From: Thermoplasmata archaeon
Lineage (GTDB): Archaea; Thermoplasmatota; Thermoplasmata; Thermoplasmatales; GCA-001856825
Direction of reading: 5' to 3'
Assembly (NCBI GenBank): GCA_021787125.1
Contig: JAJYMI010000007.1
Coordinates: forward strand, 1-55,478
Length of the DNA stretch: 55,478 bases
Shown here: one piece after another, positions 1 to 8,689 of the stretch
How positions within the stretch are numbered: the first letter of the stretch is position 1
Layout: each line of letters opens with the position of its first letter
Program-made: the position numbers and the translations under genes
Notes under the pieces: generated by a model
The model's input: only the letters and a program-made list of their open reading frames with translations
Databases searched by the model: none
Told to the model about the DNA's origin: nothing

Positions 1-14
1 ATGAGTTACAAGCT

Positions 15-275
15 CTATTTGTAAACTTCTTTCCTGTGCTCTAACCGCAGCAGAATCAATTTCTTTTTATCTATGGTATATATCAATCTGTATGGAGTAA
101 TTCTAACCGTTCGTTCTCCTTTCAAAGTATAACCCAAAGGTTTTCCTGACTCTGGATCTAATAAGATCTTTCTGATGCGCTTTTCAATTTCAATCTTAAC
201 ACTCCTATCTTTGATTTTCTTTACTTCGTGCTCGAACTTGGATGTATATACTATTTCCTCTATCTTGACTACCAT
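15..275 (-). CDS. Type II toxin, RelE/ParE family
   Basis: 86-aa basic protein with GKPL..TLKGERTVRI.PYRLIY and C-terminal HRKEVY; overlaps the upstream antitoxin ORF. Confidence 0.85.
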   Translation of the reverse strand: MVVKIEEIVYTSKFEHEVKKIKDRSVKIEIEKRIRKILLDPESGKPLGYTLKGERTVRITPYRLIYTIDKKKLILLRLEHRKEVYK

Positions 276-550
276 TCTTTAAACTCTTTGAAGAAGTCTC
301 TCTTGGATCTTATCTTATACTTTCCTTGTTCTATGTCCTTCCAGGCTTCTTCTACAAGCTTAAGAGTCTTCTTATCATCGACCGATATATTAGAACTTAT
401 TTTTTTTAGAACAATCAAATCATTGTGGGTAGTGACTGCAAGCAGGCTCCCTTCTTCTATGTTTAATTCCTTCCTTATCTTTGCAGGAATGACTATTTGC
501 CCTTTTGAACTGGCTCTCGTAAGTTCAGTTTCAAGATTGTCTGAATTCAT
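269..550 (-). CDS. AbrB/MazE/SpoVT-family antitoxin
   Basis: SSKGQIVIPAKIRKELNIEEGS AbrB signature; directly upstream of the RelE-like toxin. Confidence 0.85.
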   Translation of the reverse strand: MNSDNLETELTRASSKGQIVIPAKIRKELNIEEGSLLAVTTHNDLIVLKKISSNISVDDKKTLKLVEEAWKDIEQGKYKIRSKRDFFKEFKEW

Positions 551-554
551 TATG

Positions 555-582
555 GTAAGATATTCTTACTCAAGATTTAACT
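555..582 (-). promoter_or_regulatory. TA operon promoter with palindromic operator
   Basis: GTAAGA-TAT-TCTTAC palindrome at 555-569, between a minus-strand TTAAAT box (about 575-580) and the antitoxin ATG. Confidence 0.55.
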
Positions 583-770
583 ATTTCGATGCTTCTTTCC
601 ATAAGGTAACGGGATTACTCCTTCACTAAGATTCCTCAATTCGCTGCTTTAATTTATCCCGATATATTGCGTCAAGTGTAAATAGAGTTAATCTACCAGT
701 TTATTCCATCATTTGGCGTGAAAAACATAATCCAACTTACCTAAATATTTAGCGAGATTGTATGGCAAAA

Positions 771-843
771 CGCCCCGAACGGGAGTCGCTGCAGTGTCCC
801 GAGCTCGACAGACTCGGATGATAGGCCACTACACTATCGGGGC
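771..843 (-). tRNA. tRNA-Asp(GTC) with aberrant T-arm
   Basis: Minus strand GCCCCGA..TCGGGGC-G acceptor stem; anticodon arm CGAGT-CTGTCGA-GCTCG; 73 nt; T-arm reads ACTGC-AGCGACT-CCCGT instead of the expected ACGGG-TTCGACT-CCCGT. Confidence 0.85.
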
Positions 844-864
844 TTCTCGTCGTATTGACTAAGT

Positions 865-1272
865 TTATTTAATTTTTTCTTGTGCGTTGTCACTTGGGAA
901 CAATCTGTAGAGTGCATTTATCTCCCCCTCCAGAATGTGTGAAACTGCGAAACGCGTGAATGGGTACCATAATCCTCTCATTTTCACGTCCATTTTTATC
1001 ATTATCTTGTCCCCAAGAACCTGAAAGATCTGATAGCCCTTGAGCGGCCCGTCGCCGTATTTTATCATCATCGAGAGGTCTTCCTTTCTCCTTCCTACCC
1101 ACTCCATTTGTCTCTTGTTCCGAAATGCTAGTACTGATTCCCTGTTGTTTTGGTCGATCTTCGTGATTGCAAGGTGACCCCTCCATATTTCCGTATCATC
1201 AATGCTCTCGATCAGTTTCTGAAAGGCATCCTCTGGTGCCTCGGTCAGTGGGTATTCATAATAGAACCGCAC
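865..1272 (-). CDS. Hypothetical protein, SRPBCC/START-like
   Basis: 135-aa ORF with a beta-rich core (GDGPLKG) and C-terminal helix (HILEGEINAL). Confidence 0.5.
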   Translation of the reverse strand: MRFYYEYPLTEAPEDAFQKLIESIDDTEIWRGHLAITKIDQNNRESVLAFRNKRQMEWVGRRKEDLSMMIKYGDGPLKGYQIFQVLGDKIMIKMDVKMRGLWYPFTRFAVSHILEGEINALYRLFPSDNAQEKIK

Positions 1273-1359
1273 AGAGTCAGATTGGATTCATAGATATAAT
1301 TATTTAAATAGATACCTCTTTTCAGAAGATAAAGAATTAATTGACACTTCCCATAGGGA

Positions 1360-2346
1360 TTGGTGGTCAATCTATTCGATGAGAGTTCGGTAAGCAAGAT
1401 AGGAATGGGTACCTGGCAACTTGGTATGAAAGGTTGGGGTTCCGGATATGAAGAAAAGGAGCTAATTGCAGCTCTAAGGTCCGGGATCGAGAACGGATTG
1501 AACTTGATCGATACGGCGGAGATTTATGGAATGGGAAAGTCAGAGGAACTTGTAGGCGATGCCGTCGAAGTATTTGATAGGAAGCGGTTCTATATTGCCA
1601 CGAAGCTTGCGGGCTTTAATGCAAACGCAAGGAGGGCAAAGAGAAGTCTATTGAACAGTCTAAAGAGATTGAAACTGGACTATGTCGATCTCTACCAAGT
1701 TCACTGGGAACCCAGCATTTACACCAGCATCCCAGAGCTGTTCGTGGAATTGGAGAAGGAAGTGAAGGAAGGTTTGATTGGCCACATTGGAGTGTCAAAC
1801 TTTTCTGTCAAGAGCCTGGAAAAGGCTAATGGTTCCATGAAGGAACAAAAGATCGAAAGCAATCAGATAAAATTCAATGTCGTGGAGAGACCCAATCCAA
1901 CCGTTCTGGAGTACTTGAGGCAGAACAACATCAAGCTGATCGCCTGGAGTCCCCTTGCACAGGGCTTTCTCTCTGGAAAATATACCTCAAACAATAGACC
2001 GACGGGTGGGGTTAGGAGAATCAACAGATTATTCTCGTCCTCTTATTTCAACAGATTCGGTCGTCTCTTGTCCGAATTTCAGCGCATTTCAAATGAAAGG
2101 GGAGCCAGCACCATACAAGTGGTTCTGGCTTATGAGAAATTCCTGGGTGTTCTGCCTATACCGGGCTTCCGAAACTCTAGACAGGTAAGTGATATAGTTT
2201 CTGCAAATTCACTCAAACTGACAGAACAAGAGATAGGATCAATAGAAGCCGCTTTACAGGAAACGGGTACGCTGGAAACGTCCATAGGTTTCTATCCCAG
2301 ACTACTCCCCAATTTTATCGCAAGATTGGGATTCCTGTTCATTTAA
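1360..2346 (+). CDS. Aldo/keto reductase
   Basis: IGMGTWQ, IDTAEIYG, SLKRLKLDYVDLYQVHW, IGVSNF, WSPLAQG motifs. Confidence 0.95.
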   Translation: MVVNLFDESSVSKIGMGTWQLGMKGWGSGYEEKELIAALRSGIENGLNLIDTAEIYGMGKSEELVGDAVEVFDRKRFYIATKLAGFNANARRAKRSLLNSLKRLKLDYVDLYQVHWEPSIYTSIPELFVELEKEVKEGLIGHIGVSNFSVKSLEKANGSMKEQKIESNQIKFNVVERPNPTVLEYLRQNNIKLIAWSPLAQGFLSGKYTSNNRPTGGVRRINRLFSSSYFNRFGRLLSEFQRISNERGASTIQVVLAYEKFLGVLPIPGFRNSRQVSDIVSANSLKLTEQEIGSIEAALQETGTLETSIGFYPRLLPNFIARLGFLFI

Positions 2347-2414
2347 TATAGACAACTGTCGAATCATGATGTCGGCAAAGGCTAAATATCTGATGAAATT
2401 GAGTGCTGATTGTA

Positions 2415-3461
2415 ATGAGTTCGATCGTATCCTACGGATCATATGTCCCTAGGTTCAGAATTAAGGCTGAGGAGATTGCCAGAGAGTGGGGAGAAAACCC
2501 TGAGAACATAAAGAGTGGTCTCTTCATACATAGCAAGTCAGTTCCTGGACCTGACGAGGATGTCCTGACAATATCCGCAGAAGCAGCGAAGAATGCCCTG
2601 AGAAGAACCGATCTAGATAAACAGAAGATTGGGGCAATTTATGTTGGATCTGAGAGTCATCCATATGCCGTCAAACCGACATCATCAATTCTTGTGGAAG
2701 CGCTTGGACTTCCCTATGACATTCATTCAGCGGACTATGAGTTCGCTTGCAAGGCAGGAACTGCTGCCATGCAGAACGTGATGGCAATGGTAGACAGCGG
2801 ACAGATCGAGAATGGAATTGCAATCGGTGCCGACACATCTCAGGGTGCTCCCGGAGATGCTCTCGAGTACTCGGCGTCTGCAGGTGGAACCGCTTTTGTT
2901 ATAGGTAAGAACGGTTTCGCAGACTTCAACGCCACTCTTTCGTTCACAACAGATACTCCCGATTTCTGGAGGAGAGAGGGCGAAAAGTATCCTAGCCACG
3001 GGGGAAGATTTACCGGCGAACCGGCTTACTTTAAGCACGTTCTCACCGGTGCCAAGAAAATGATGGACAGACAATCGACGAAACCCGAAGACTATGACTA
3101 TGCAGTTTTCCATCAACCGAATGGAAAGTTTCCGACAAGAGCTGCAAAAATGCTAGGGTTCAAGGATGAACAGGTGAAAGATGGTCTGCTCACCCCATAC
3201 ATTGGTAACACTTACTCAAGTTCAATGATGATCGGCCTGTCAGCAATTCTGGATAAGGCCGAGAGTGGAGACAGGATTCTTGCTGTTGCGTTCGGTAGTG
3301 GAGCAGGTTCTGATGTTTTCGATGTGACCGTGAATGACGGAATTAAATCGATAAGGAGACAGAATGCACCTGGAGTGATGGAGCAGGTGAACAAACTGAT
3401 TTGGATAGACTATGCGACTTATGTGAAGTACAGAGGCAAGATAATTATGAGGGGAGCGTGA
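2415..3461 (+). CDS. Archaeal HMG-CoA synthase
   Basis: [19 protein letters not shown] (catalytic Cys), [18 protein letters not shown] at 2415 preferred to GTG at 2403. Confidence 0.95.
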   Translation: MSSIVSYGSYVPRFRIKAEEIAREWGENPENIKSGLFIHSKSVPGPDEDVLTISAEAAKNALRRTDLDKQKIGAIYVGSESHPYAVKPTSSILVEALGLPYDIHSADYEFACKAGTAAMQNVMAMVDSGQIENGIAIGADTSQGAPGDALEYSASAGGTAFVIGKNGFADFNATLSFTTDTPDFWRREGEKYPSHGGRFTGEPAYFKHVLTGAKKMMDRQSTKPEDYDYAVFHQPNGKFPTRAAKMLGFKDEQVKDGLLTPYIGNTYSSSMMIGLSAILDKAESGDRILAVAFGSGAGSDVFDVTVNDGIKSIRRQNAPGVMEQVNKLIWIDYATYVKYRGKIIMRGA

Positions 3462-3465
3462 TCCA

Positions 3466-4623
3466 ATGAGAGACGTATTCATCCTAGGAGTAGGAACAAC
3501 CAAGTTTGGAGAGCTTTGGGATTCAAGTCTGCGCGAGCTTGCTTCGGAGGCTGGTCTCAAGGCGATAATGGATGCCGGCATTTACGCGGAAGATGTGGAT
3601 GCACTTTATGGTGCAAACACCAGCGGAGGACAGTTTGTTGATCAGGAACAGATTGCTGCCCTGATAGCAGATTACTCCGGAATAACTGAGCTGCATATCC
3701 CATCGATCAGAATAGAGGCAGGCTCAGCTAGTGGTGGAGCTGCCCTCATGCAGGCGTACCTCGCCGTGAAGTCCGGTCAGTACAACACGGTCGTGGTTGG
3801 AGGAGTGGAAAAGATGACAGATGTTCCCTCTGAAGTCGCGACAGAAATTATTGGAGGATCCCTGGACGCCGAGTGGGAGACTTTCTTTGGCGCTACGGAA
3901 TGCTCAATTGCTGCGATGATTGCGAGAAGACACGAGTATGAAGGCTCCACAAAGAGAGAAAACTATGCGGTCTTTCCGGTGATTTCTCACAAGCACGGTT
4001 CGATGAACGATACGTCACATTTCAAGAACGCCATAAAGATGGAAGACGTAATAAATGCACCTCCAGTTTCGGAGCCTCTGACCGTTTTCGATAACGCACC
4101 CATAAGCGATGGAGCGTCCGCTCTGGTCATTTCCGCCGACCCCAAGAAGATAAATGGATCAGCTCATCCAATAAGAATCAAGTCGAGTGCTGCAGCAAAC
4201 GATTTCCTCTCGCTTCACGATAGAAAGAAGATTGATTCCTTTGGAGCTGTCAAGCACAGCACAAAATCTGCCCTGAATCTGGCGGGACTTGAAGTAGGAA
4301 AGATAGACGCGTTAGAAATTCACGACTCTTACAGTATAGCCGCTCTCATCCAGATGGAGGAGATACTTGGAAAGGAAGCGGTAAAGATGACGGAGGGGAA
4401 TGATTTCTATTACAATTCCTCGAAACCAATAAATGTGTCTGGAGGCCTGAAAGCCCATGGTAACCCGCTTGGAACGAGTGGTCTGTATCAGGCAGTTGAA
4501 GCAACAATACAACTGCGGGGCAAGGCAGGACAGAGACAAGTGAAGAATCCGAGCAATTATCTCATCCACAACATGGGAGGTCTCGGAACGACTTCCGTTT
4601 CCACCATCATAGGAGTTGATTGA
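3466..4623 (+). CDS. Thiolase-family protein of the HMGCS/DUF35 complex, catalytic residues degenerate
   Basis: Thiolase motifs GVEKMTD, SDGASAL, NVSGGLKA; but EAGSASG, HDSY and GNP replace EAACASG, HDCF and GHP. Confidence 0.9.
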   Translation: MRDVFILGVGTTKFGELWDSSLRELASEAGLKAIMDAGIYAEDVDALYGANTSGGQFVDQEQIAALIADYSGITELHIPSIRIEAGSASGGAALMQAYLAVKSGQYNTVVVGGVEKMTDVPSEVATEIIGGSLDAEWETFFGATECSIAAMIARRHEYEGSTKRENYAVFPVISHKHGSMNDTSHFKNAIKMEDVINAPPVSEPLTVFDNAPISDGASALVISADPKKINGSAHPIRIKSSAAANDFLSLHDRKKIDSFGAVKHSTKSALNLAGLEVGKIDALEIHDSYSIAALIQMEEILGKEAVKMTEGNDFYYNSSKPINVSGGLKAHGNPLGTSGLYQAVEATIQLRGKAGQRQVKNPSNYLIHNMGGLGTTSVSTIIGVD

Positions 4624-4624
4624 G

Positions 4625-5029
4625 ATGAGTGAGGTTCCAAGATTTTGGAGAGAATCGAGGCACAGGTATAGATTGGTGGGGACGAGATGTCTGAACTGCA
4701 ACACACTCTATTTTCCCCCAAGGGTAATCTGCCCCTCCTGCAGAAGAGAGTCCGTTGGAAAAATGAAGGAAGAGGAAATGTCTGGAGCGGGAGAGATCTT
4801 TTCGTTCACCGTAGTTCACGACGGTCTCGAACAGTTCAAGATGCAGATACCCTACGTGATGGCTCTGATAAAGATGAAAGAAGGGCCATTTGTAACGGGA
4901 CAGATTGTGGATTGCTCACCCGAGGAAGTAAAGATAGGCACAAGAGTCACAGCCACTCTGAGGAAAGTCAGATCAGAAGGTAAAGAGGGAATAATCCAGT
5001 ACGGCTACAAGTTTACCATAGTTCCATAA
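4625..5029 (+). CDS. DUF35 Zn-ribbon/OB-fold scaffold protein
   Basis: CLNC..YFPPRVICPSC, GEIFSFTVVH, GIIQYGYKF; follows the thiolase. Confidence 0.92.
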   Translation: MSEVPRFWRESRHRYRLVGTRCLNCNTLYFPPRVICPSCRRESVGKMKEEEMSGAGEIFSFTVVHDGLEQFKMQIPYVMALIKMKEGPFVTGQIVDCSPEEVKIGTRVTATLRKVRSEGKEGIIQYGYKFTIVP

Positions 5030-5099
5030 AAAGGAACTTGGCAGACTCCGATCCTTCCTCTTCTGACCGGATAATGCACTCTACTTATTGGCTGAAGTC

Positions 5100-5915
5100 T
5101 TATGCCTTTACAGTCGCGATCTCGACGTAGAAGTAGAGTGTCTTTCCAGCAAGATAAGAATTGCCGTTCAGGTAATAGAAGCCATCCGACACACCGCTAA
5201 CGTATGAGCTGTTGGACAGTATTGTGCCGTTAACTGCGATTGTGTAATAGCTGATACTGCTGCTGTTACCCACGCCGGTAATGTTCTCAGCGACTATGCT
5301 GAACCCCCTGACTGAAGCATAAGGGTAGTATTGTCCATGGACAACCGGTTCATTCTCTATCTCGACGTACCATCCATTGTAACTCATGACGTATACGTTC
5401 CATCCGTATGTAGGGTTCTTGAGAGTTTCTCCTTGAACGGGGGAAACGCCGAACTCAGCCTTGAAAGTCGTATTATTAAGTGTCTGATAAGTCGGCACGG
5501 TACCGTTGATGCTATGTCTGGTTATCTTGCTTGAATTCTCAAGTCCATACCCCTGAGATGGAAGGACGGTGATGACTCCAGATTGCCCCTTTGCCATTCC
5601 AATGAGGCCGTTGTCAAACCCCTTGATCATCGACCCAGAACCAACCGTGTCGTTGAGAGTTGTGAATGGAGGATGATACGTGAAATCCGGAGCCTTTGGA
5701 TATGAAGTGTTGTTGTTTGCTATACTGGCCATGTTTGTGTCAAAGACGAGAGGATTACCATCGATAGTTATATACCCATAATACCAGAGCGTGACGTTGT
5801 CTCCCTGTTTTACGATTGTGAGCTTGGGTTGCATGTAATTGTACGCCCCGTATGAAGCCACTGGAACTATTATCACCAGTGCAATCAATAGTATTATCAA
5901 GGTCTTGAACTGCAT
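5100..5915 (-). CDS. Membrane-anchored FKBP-type peptidyl-prolyl isomerase
   Basis: N-terminal TM helix; VFDT, VGSGSMIKGFDNGLIGM..G, PSQGYG, LAGKTLYFYV (SlyD-like FKBP with insertion). Confidence 0.85.
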   Translation of the reverse strand: MQFKTLIILLIALVIIVPVASYGAYNYMQPKLTIVKQGDNVTLWYYGYITIDGNPLVFDTNMASIANNNTSYPKAPDFTYHPPFTTLNDTVGSGSMIKGFDNGLIGMAKGQSGVITVLPSQGYGLENSSKITRHSINGTVPTYQTLNNTTFKAEFGVSPVQGETLKNPTYGWNVYVMSYNGWYVEIENEPVVHGQYYPYASVRGFSIVAENITGVGNSSSISYYTIAVNGTILSNSSYVSGVSDGFYYLNGNSYLAGKTLYFYVEIATVKA

Positions 5916-6093
5916 TTACTCTGCAACAATATCGAAGATAAATAGCTACTCATTTTCTTCTGCCTACCAGCACCTACAATCAGCATTCCTCAAAATTTTA
6001 TGATAAATGGCGGAAGGCCAGCTGGTTGACCTGTGCATTATAAATTAACTTGTTCTATATTTTTGATAAGATTAATTATAGAGCGGGCAAGCT

Positions 6094-6119
6094 ATTTATT
6101 CCCCAACCAATTTTGGTTG
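6094..6119 (+). promoter_or_regulatory. TATA box followed by palindromic operator
   Basis: ATTTATT then CAACCAA-TT-TTGGTTG (6104-6119). Confidence 0.45.
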
Positions 6120-6198
6120 TATGCATTGTTTTAGTCTTTCCTTGGTTGGTTTAATTCTGAATAGCTGTGTTTTCCTGGAAGAGAGGTGAAGAAGAGCC

Positions 6199-6834
6199 AT
6201 GAATCCTAATGATTTGACCAGGGTGAGAAGACACCCCGAAAGGGCGAGTTATGACAGGGATCTGCTGATGGACATTCTAGCGCACGGTTTTGTATGTAGC
6301 GTGGCATTTCAGGTAGACGGACAACCGTTCATAATTCCGATGACGTACTACAACGATTCAGAAAATATATACATCCACGGAAGCCCCGTTGCACGTGTTG
6401 TGGATACGCTTCGATCTGGAGCGCCAATCGCAATTTCGATTCTCGAACTTAATGGTCTCGTTCTTGCCAAGGGACTTCCAAGCAATTCTATAAATTACAG
6501 ATCAGCAATAATCTTTGGAAAGGCAGTTGAACTTTTGACTGACGATGCAAAACTTTCTTACTTTACAGAGTGGATCGACCGCATGGTTCCTGGAAGGAAG
6601 GAGAACACCGTTCTTCCCAACGAGGACGAGTTGAGAGGTGTTTCCGCTTTCAAGGTGAAAATTGAAAATTTCTCAGTAAAGGTAAGAAAGGGAGGACCAG
6701 TTGAGACGAGAAAGAATCCCGAACTCTGGTCGGGCGTTATTCCCGCTTCGCTAAAGTTTTCAGACCCAGAATTTGTTTCAGATCCGGCGATCCCAGATTA
6801 CGTCAGGAAATTCATAGAGAAAAGAAACGGGTAG
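6199..6834 (+). CDS. Pyridoxamine 5'-phosphate oxidase-like (NimA-like) flavin-binding protein
   Basis: RRHPERASYD, PFIIPM, IYIHGS, SINYRSAIIFG. Confidence 0.85.
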   Translation: MNPNDLTRVRRHPERASYDRDLLMDILAHGFVCSVAFQVDGQPFIIPMTYYNDSENIYIHGSPVARVVDTLRSGAPIAISILELNGLVLAKGLPSNSINYRSAIIFGKAVELLTDDAKLSYFTEWIDRMVPGRKENTVLPNEDELRGVSAFKVKIENFSVKVRKGGPVETRKNPELWSGVIPASLKFSDPEFVSDPAIPDYVRKFIEKRNG

Positions 6835-6887
6835 TAAAAGTAGCTTGAAAAGAGTACAAAAGACTTCTTGCTAGGAGGTTTTCACCA

Positions 6888-7769
6888 TTGGTGGATAGGA
6901 GAGTTTCTTACGGTGGGCTTGTCTTCGTTGCTTTGGTGTGGGGTACAACATTTCCTATCATTTCAGTCTCGCTCAGGTATATCGAACCGATGCCCTTCCT
7001 CCTGTTCAGGTTCGTCATTGCTGCACTTGTAATGTTACCATTCATCTTCAAGAAGATCAATAAGAGAGACGCTCTCTATGGTTCTCTGGTTGGCATTCCC
7101 CTGTTTATTGGCTATGTCACTCAGACGTACGGTCTGGATTACACCTCTCCGTCCATGTCCGGCCTGATAACAGGAATTTACATAATTTTGACTCCCATTC
7201 TCTCGATCCTCATACTGAAGAATCGTGTGGATATGGTCAAGATTTATCTCACCGTAGCGGCATTTGTCGGGATGGCTCTTATGTCAGTTTCGTCCACATC
7301 GGGACAACTATTGGGCAACGTTCTGACCCTGGGAACTGCTCTCTGTTACGCTCTGCAGATGGTTCTGACCGAAAAGTACCTCTCCAACGGAAATCCGATG
7401 GTGTTCACGTTCTTCCAATTGGTGATAGTGGCCGCACTGAGTCTTGTGGTTAGCCCTCTCTCTGTGCTGAGCGTTGGGGCAATGACCAACGACTATGTTC
7501 TCTTCTCGGTGTTGTTCAATGCCATTCTTGGAACGACACTGGCCATATGGATTATGAGCGTGGCTATCAGAAACATAAGCGCTTATCTTTCTGCCCTCAT
7601 TCTGATCATAGAGCCTGTATCAGCCGTAGCCGTTTCAACAATATTCTTCCACTTTCCTGCTACTCCGCTGATGGTGATTGGTGGTGGAATTATTCTGGTT
7701 TCAATGGTGCTTGCGATAAACAGGGAAAACAAGAGAAATCAGGGAGATAGAGTTAACACTCCATCTTAG
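6888..7769 (+). CDS. DMT/EamA family transporter
   Basis: About 10 TM segments; WGTTF, RFVIA, EPVSA motifs. Confidence 0.9.
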   Translation: MVDRRVSYGGLVFVALVWGTTFPIISVSLRYIEPMPFLLFRFVIAALVMLPFIFKKINKRDALYGSLVGIPLFIGYVTQTYGLDYTSPSMSGLITGIYIILTPILSILILKNRVDMVKIYLTVAAFVGMALMSVSSTSGQLLGNVLTLGTALCYALQMVLTEKYLSNGNPMVFTFFQLVIVAALSLVVSPLSVLSVGAMTNDYVLFSVLFNAILGTTLAIWIMSVAIRNISAYLSALILIIEPVSAVAVSTIFFHFPATPLMVIGGGIILVSMVLAINRENKRNQGDRVNTPS

Positions 7770-7772
7770 TGA

Positions 7773-8261
7773 CTATCGAGTTGGCTGTTTGGAAATGTCA
7801 ACTGCCCTGCTCCAGAGCACCTTTCTCAGGCTTGGAAGACCTTCGAACCTTTCTACGGTGAATCCTCCCGCAAACCTTGGTAATCTGGACATTTTAACAT
7901 AGAGCGTCCCTAAATCTCTCGTCTTTGTCTGTGCTCTGATCAGAATTGCTGGAATTTCATTCCCCGCTCTAAGCAAAACGTCAGAAGCTTCGTCCTGAAC
8001 ATCCTCATGGGGAACCAGCTTCTTCAAGAACTCAGAGTCTGGTACTCCCCTCTTGAAAATTACTGCGGTTTCGAGATCCTGAAGATAGCCCAAAATCTTC
8101 TTATAATTCTCCTTCCACTGGTCGTCCTCTTGCAGCAACAACCCTATGTCCGCCTGCAGTGCAGTAAGGTGCGTAAAGAATGTCTCAACTTCAGAATCGT
8201 ACTCTTCCATTGTGTTAGATATTACGCACTCAAATTTCGGAAACTCTGTGGTCTTTTCCAT
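7773..8261 (-). CDS. Hypothetical helical protein, weak resemblance to PduO-type adenosyltransferase fold
   Basis: 162-aa ORF filling the gap between EamA and S10; LTALQADIGLL and AILIRAQTKTR patterns. Confidence 0.5.
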   Translation of the reverse strand: MEKTTEFPKFECVISNTMEEYDSEVETFFTHLTALQADIGLLLQEDDQWKENYKKILGYLQDLETAVIFKRGVPDSEFLKKLVPHEDVQDEASDVLLRAGNEIPAILIRAQTKTRDLGTLYVKMSRLPRFAGGFTVERFEGLPSLRKVLWSRAVDISKQPTR

Positions 8262-8365
8262 ATTTGCAATACGAAATATAGCATCTAATCTTATCGGTTA
8301 TACCAGCTAGAAATTGAAGTTTCTACGAAAAATGGGAAGTTAAGGGAATTAAAAAAAGAATGAAC

Positions 8366-8680
8366 CTACGACTGGAGTTTTACTTCTATGTTTATTCCAT
8401 CCGGCAACTGGATCCTCATTACCTGTCTTATGGTCCTCTCGTCCGCGTCGATGTAAATTAGCCTCCTGTGGACTCTCATTTCCCATCTGTCCCAGGTGGC
8501 TGTTCCAGCTCCATTAGGAGCCTTTCTGATCGGCACGATAAGTCTCTTTGTCAGAAGTGGGATCGGACCTTTCATTTCTACGCCCGTTCTACCGGCGAGC
8601 TGCCGAATTTCGGTGCAGACGTTATCGACCTTCTTGACATCGGTTCCGGACAGTGATATCTTCATTCGATAGGAAGGCAT
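8366..8680 (-). CDS. rps10: 30S ribosomal protein S10 (uS10)
   Basis: [27 protein letters not shown]. Confidence 0.97.
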   Translation of the reverse strand: MPSYRMKISLSGTDVKKVDNVCTEIRQLAGRTGVEMKGPIPLLTKRLIVPIRKAPNGAGTATWDRWEMRVHRRLIYIDADERTIRQVMRIQLPDGINIEVKLQS

Positions 8681-8689
8681 TGAAGTTCA

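Noticed and set aside
228..629. 133-aa plus-strand ORF, and the many other antisense or nested ORFs in the track
   Set aside because: Shadows of well-supported genes on the opposite strand or in another frame, with no recognisable motifs
2366..2410. ATGATGT...CTGATGA...CTGA resembling a C/D RNA
   Set aside because: D' and C' would overlap, and the region is the HMG-CoA synthase promoter
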